Assembly (NCBI GenBank): GCA_963833225.1
Contig: CAWHXD010000019.1
Location: forward strand, 1 to 64,000
From: an uncultured Chloroflexia bacterium
GTDB lineage: Bacteria > Chloroflexota > Limnocylindria > Limnocylindrales > CSP1-4
Length of the DNA: 64,000 nt
Reading direction: 5' to 3'
Shown here: positions 61,207 to 64,000 of the stretch, one piece after another
Layout of the letters: each line of letters starts with the position of its first letter
How positions within the stretch are numbered: the first letter of the stretch is position 1
Notes under the pieces: model-generated
What the model saw: only the letters and a program-made list of their open reading frames with translations
Database searches by the model: none
Told to the model about the DNA's origin: nothing
Position numbers and translations under genes: made by a program

Positions 61207-62271
61207 ATGCACGGTCGTCGTCGGATCATTGCCCCCATCGTCCTGGTGCTCGTCCTGGTCGCGGCGGGCGTCACCTGGTCCCTCAACCAGCCCACGGCCG
61301 CCGCCGACGGGTCGCTCACGGCCTCGGGGACCATCGAGGCGACGACGGTCGTCATCAGCCCCGAGATCGCGGGCCGGGCGATCGAGGTCTCGGTGGCCGA
61401 GGGCGACGCCGTTGCCGAGGGCGACGTCCTCGTTCGCCTCGATCCGGGTCTGCTTGACGCGCAGCAGGGTCAGGCCGATGCCGCCGTGGCCCAGGCAACG
61501 GCCGTCTTCGCGCAGGCCGAGGCCGGGGTGGCTGCCGCGCAGGCGAACCTCGACCTGCTCAAGGCCGGCCCGTCGTCGGCGCAACTCAATGTCGCCCAGC
61601 GCCAGGTCGACCAGGCCGTGACGGCCTGGAAGGTGGCTCGCAAGGCGTACAAGGATCTCTCGAAGGCGGAGAAGAACACCCCGGCCGGCAGCGCCGCGAA
61701 GGCGCAGCGGGACAACGCGGAGGCGGCGATCGCCACCGCCCGGGCGCAGTACCGGCTGATCGCATCGGGCGCCCGCGCGGAGCAGGTCTCGGCCGCCGAG
61801 GCGCAGCTCGCGGCCGCCGAGGCGCAGCTGTCGGCCGCACGCGCCCAGCAGGATTCGGCCGCGGCCGCCGTGACGGTGCTGGATGCCCAGCGGGCGAAGC
61901 TCACCCTCGTGGCCCCATCCGCGGGCACCGTCCTGTCCCGGGCCGTTGAGCCGGGCGAGACCGTCGTCCCCGGCGGCGCGCTCCTGGAGCTCGGCGACCT
62001 GGATCGCCTCACCCTCACGGTCTACGTGCCGGAGGATCGCCTGGGCGAGGTCCTGGTCGGGCAGGCGGTGTCGATCTCCGTGGACTCGTTCCCCGGTGAG
62101 ACCTTCCGGGGGGCCGTGACCCGGATCGCGGACCAGGCGGAGTTCACGCCCCGCAACGTGCAGACCGTCGAGGGCCGCAAGACCACCGTGTTCGCGATCA
62201 AGCTTGCCCTCGAGGCCTCGGGCGGCAAGCTCAAGCCGGGCATGCCCGCCGACGTCGTCTTCGGGTCATGA
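61207..62271 (+). CDS. HlyD-family membrane fusion protein (YbhG-like)
   Basis: ASGTIEA, EGD.V, coiled coil, AEFTPRNVQT, LKPGMPADV. Confidence 0.92.
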   Translation: MHGRRRIIAPIVLVLVLVAAGVTWSLNQPTAAADGSLTASGTIEATTVVISPEIAGRAIEVSVAEGDAVAEGDVLVRLDPGLLDAQQGQADAAVAQATAVFAQAEAGVAAAQANLDLLKAGPSSAQLNVAQRQVDQAVTAWKVARKAYKDLSKAEKNTPAGSAAKAQRDNAEAAIATARAQYRLIASGARAEQVSAAEAQLAAAEAQLSAARAQQDSAAAAVTVLDAQRAKLTLVAPSAGTVLSRAVEPGETVVPGGALLELGDLDRLTLTVYVPEDRLGEVLVGQAVSISVDSFPGETFRGAVTRIADQAEFTPRNVQTVEGRKTTVFAIKLALEASGGKLKPGMPADVVFGS

Positions 62272-63257
62272 CCCTCGTCCAGGCGACCGGCCTCCACCGC
62301 TCGTTTGGCGACGTCCTGGCGGTCGACGGCGTCGACCTGGCGGTCGGGGCGGGCGAGGCGTACGGCCTCGTTGGACCCGACGGCGCGGGCAAGACGACCA
62401 CCCTCCGGCTGCTGGTGGGGGCGCTCGCGCCCGACGCCGGCACGGTCGTCGTCGGCGGCACGGACATGGCCCGGCGGCCCGAGGTGGCCCGGGCGGGGAT
62501 CGGCTACCTCGCCCAGCGGTTCAGCCTGTACGGGGATCTCACGGTCCTCGAGAACCTGCGCTTCTTTGCCGAGATCCGGGGCATCCGTGGAGGGCCATTC
62601 CAGGCGCGCGCGGCGGACCTCCTGGCCTTCGTCGGGCTCAACGGGTTCGAGGAGCGCCGGGCGGACAATCTCTCGGGCGGCATGAAGCAGAAGCTCGGCC
62701 TCGCCTGCGCGCTCGTCCACGAGCCCCGGGTCCTGCTCCTCGACGAGCCAACCGGCGGCGTGGACCCGGTCACCCGCCAGGAGTTCTGGAAGCTGCTCAT
62801 CCGCCTGCTTGGCGACGGGCGCGCGATCGTCGTCAGCACGCCCTACATGGACGAGGCCGCGCGCTGCACCCGGGTCGGCTTCATGTACGGCGGCCGGATC
62901 CTGGTGGAGGGAGCGCCGCGGGAGCTGACGGCGACGATGGTCGGTCGAGTGCTGGAGCTCGCGGCCCGGCCGGGGAGGATGGCCCGCACGGTCGCGCTGC
63001 GGGATCCGGACGTGGAGGACGTGCTCGCCTTCGGGGACCGGCTGCACCTGCGGGTCGCGGGCACCGCTGGCCCGCTGGCCCGGCTGCCCGCCGCCCTGCT
63101 CGAGGCCGGCGTCCACGTGGATCGCCTGCGGCCGATCGCGCCATCGATGGAGGACGTGTTCATCTCGCTGCTCGCGGGCCGCTCGGCGGGCGGGTCGGTG
63201 GCCACGGCTGGCGCGGGTGGTCCAGTGCCCGGCGTCGGGGGACGGGCCGATGCCTGA
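62268..63257 (+). CDS. ABC transporter ATP-binding protein (like the YbhF N-half)
   Basis: GPDGAGKT, LSGGMKQKL, LDEPT, STPYMDEA. Confidence 0.93.
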   Translation: MTLVQATGLHRSFGDVLAVDGVDLAVGAGEAYGLVGPDGAGKTTTLRLLVGALAPDAGTVVVGGTDMARRPEVARAGIGYLAQRFSLYGDLTVLENLRFFAEIRGIRGGPFQARAADLLAFVGLNGFEERRADNLSGGMKQKLGLACALVHEPRVLLLDEPTGGVDPVTRQEFWKLLIRLLGDGRAIVVSTPYMDEAARCTRVGFMYGGRILVEGAPRELTATMVGRVLELAARPGRMARTVALRDPDVEDVLAFGDRLHLRVAGTAGPLARLPAALLEAGVHVDRLRPIAPSMEDVFISLLAGRSAGGSVATAGAGGPVPGVGGRADA

Positions 63258-64000
63258 CGCCGTCATCGAGGTCCGCGACCTGACCAAGCGGTTCGACGGC
63301 TTCACCGCCGTGGACTCGGTCAGCTTCTCCGTGGAGCGCGGGGAGGTCGTCGGCTACCTCGGGCCCAACGGGAGCGGCAAGACGACGACCATTCGGATGC
63401 TCCTGGGGCTCCTGCGCCCGACCGAGGGGTCGGCCACCGTGCTGGGCTACGACATCGTGGCCGACGCGGAGCAGATCCGGCCGCGCGCCGGCTACATGAG
63501 CCAGAAGTTCGCGCTGTACGAGGACCTCACGGTCGGCGAGAACCTGCGCTTCTACGGCAGCGTCTACGGGATTGGCCGAGCCCGGCTCACCACCAGGGTC
63601 GACGAGATGCTCGACCTGGTGGGTCTTACCGACCAGCGCGACGATCGCGCCGGGGCGCTCTCGGGTGGCTGGCGGCAGCGGCTGGCGATGGCCATCGCAC
63701 TCGTGCACGAGCCGCCGCTGCTGTTCCTCGACGAGCCCACCTCGGGCGTGGACCCGGAGGCCCGGCGCGCCTTCTGGGACATCATCTACCTGCTCGCCGA
63801 CGGTGGCACGACCGTGCTCGTGACCACCCACTACATGGACGAGGCGGAGCACTGCGGCCGGCTGGGCATCATGCACCACGGCCACCTGCTCGCCATGGAC
63901 ACGCCGACCCGGCTGCGCGAGACCGTGGCCGGTGATCGCTGGAACGTGTCGACCGGTGGCATCAGCCCGATCACCGCGATCGACGGCCTGGACGGCGTCC
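63250..64000 (+). CDS. ABC transporter ATP-binding protein (like the YbhF C-half), truncated by the window end
   Basis: GPNGSGKT, YMSQKF, LSGGWRQRL, LDEPTSGVDP, TTHYMDEAE. Confidence 0.92.
   Translation, partial: MPDAVIEVRDLTKRFDGFTAVDSVSFSVERGEVVGYLGPNGSGKTTTIRMLLGLLRPTEGSATVLGYDIVADAEQIRPRAGYMSQKFALYEDLTVGENLRFYGSVYGIGRARLTTRVDEMLDLVGLTDQRDDRAGALSGGWRQRLAMAIALVHEPPLLFLDEPTSGVDPEARRAFWDIIYLLADGGTTVLVTTHYMDEAEHCGRLGIMHHGHLLAMDTPTRLRETVAGDRWNVSTGGISPITAIDGLDGV

Overview
A very GC-rich bacterial chromosomal window with about 55 protein-coding genes. I saw no rRNA, tRNA, CRISPR array, transposase or integrase. Gene content and many leaderless promoters suggest a monoderm Chloroflexota- or Actinomycetota-like organism (inference only). 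The main accessory content is three separate TadE-TadE-TadG minor-pilin triplets (1-2612, 2958-6014, 29503-32985) with no Tad assembly core in the window. The first two carry Cys-bracketed PASTA-like domains (plus PKD domains in the second), share a 20-bp upstream motif and lie next to an OmpR-type two-component system. Other unusual items are a GrpB-PurK fusion, a 1832-aa MMPL-YhgE/Pip fusion with a triple TetR-type operator, a MarR fused to a beta-rich domain, a double-HTH TetR, a Tm-1-like gene pair, modAB without modC, two small membrane ORFs absent from the ORF track and a repeat-rich intergenic patch at 53.3-53.7 kb. Housekeeping genes include purE, fumC, gltBD, ppgK, a thiolase, a crotonase and an IscA/ErpA-type carrier. 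Frameshifts at 1-1.5 kb, in gltB and at one kinase 3' end are most likely assembly indels. All product calls come from motif recognition by eye, not database searches, and several start codons were re-chosen manually.
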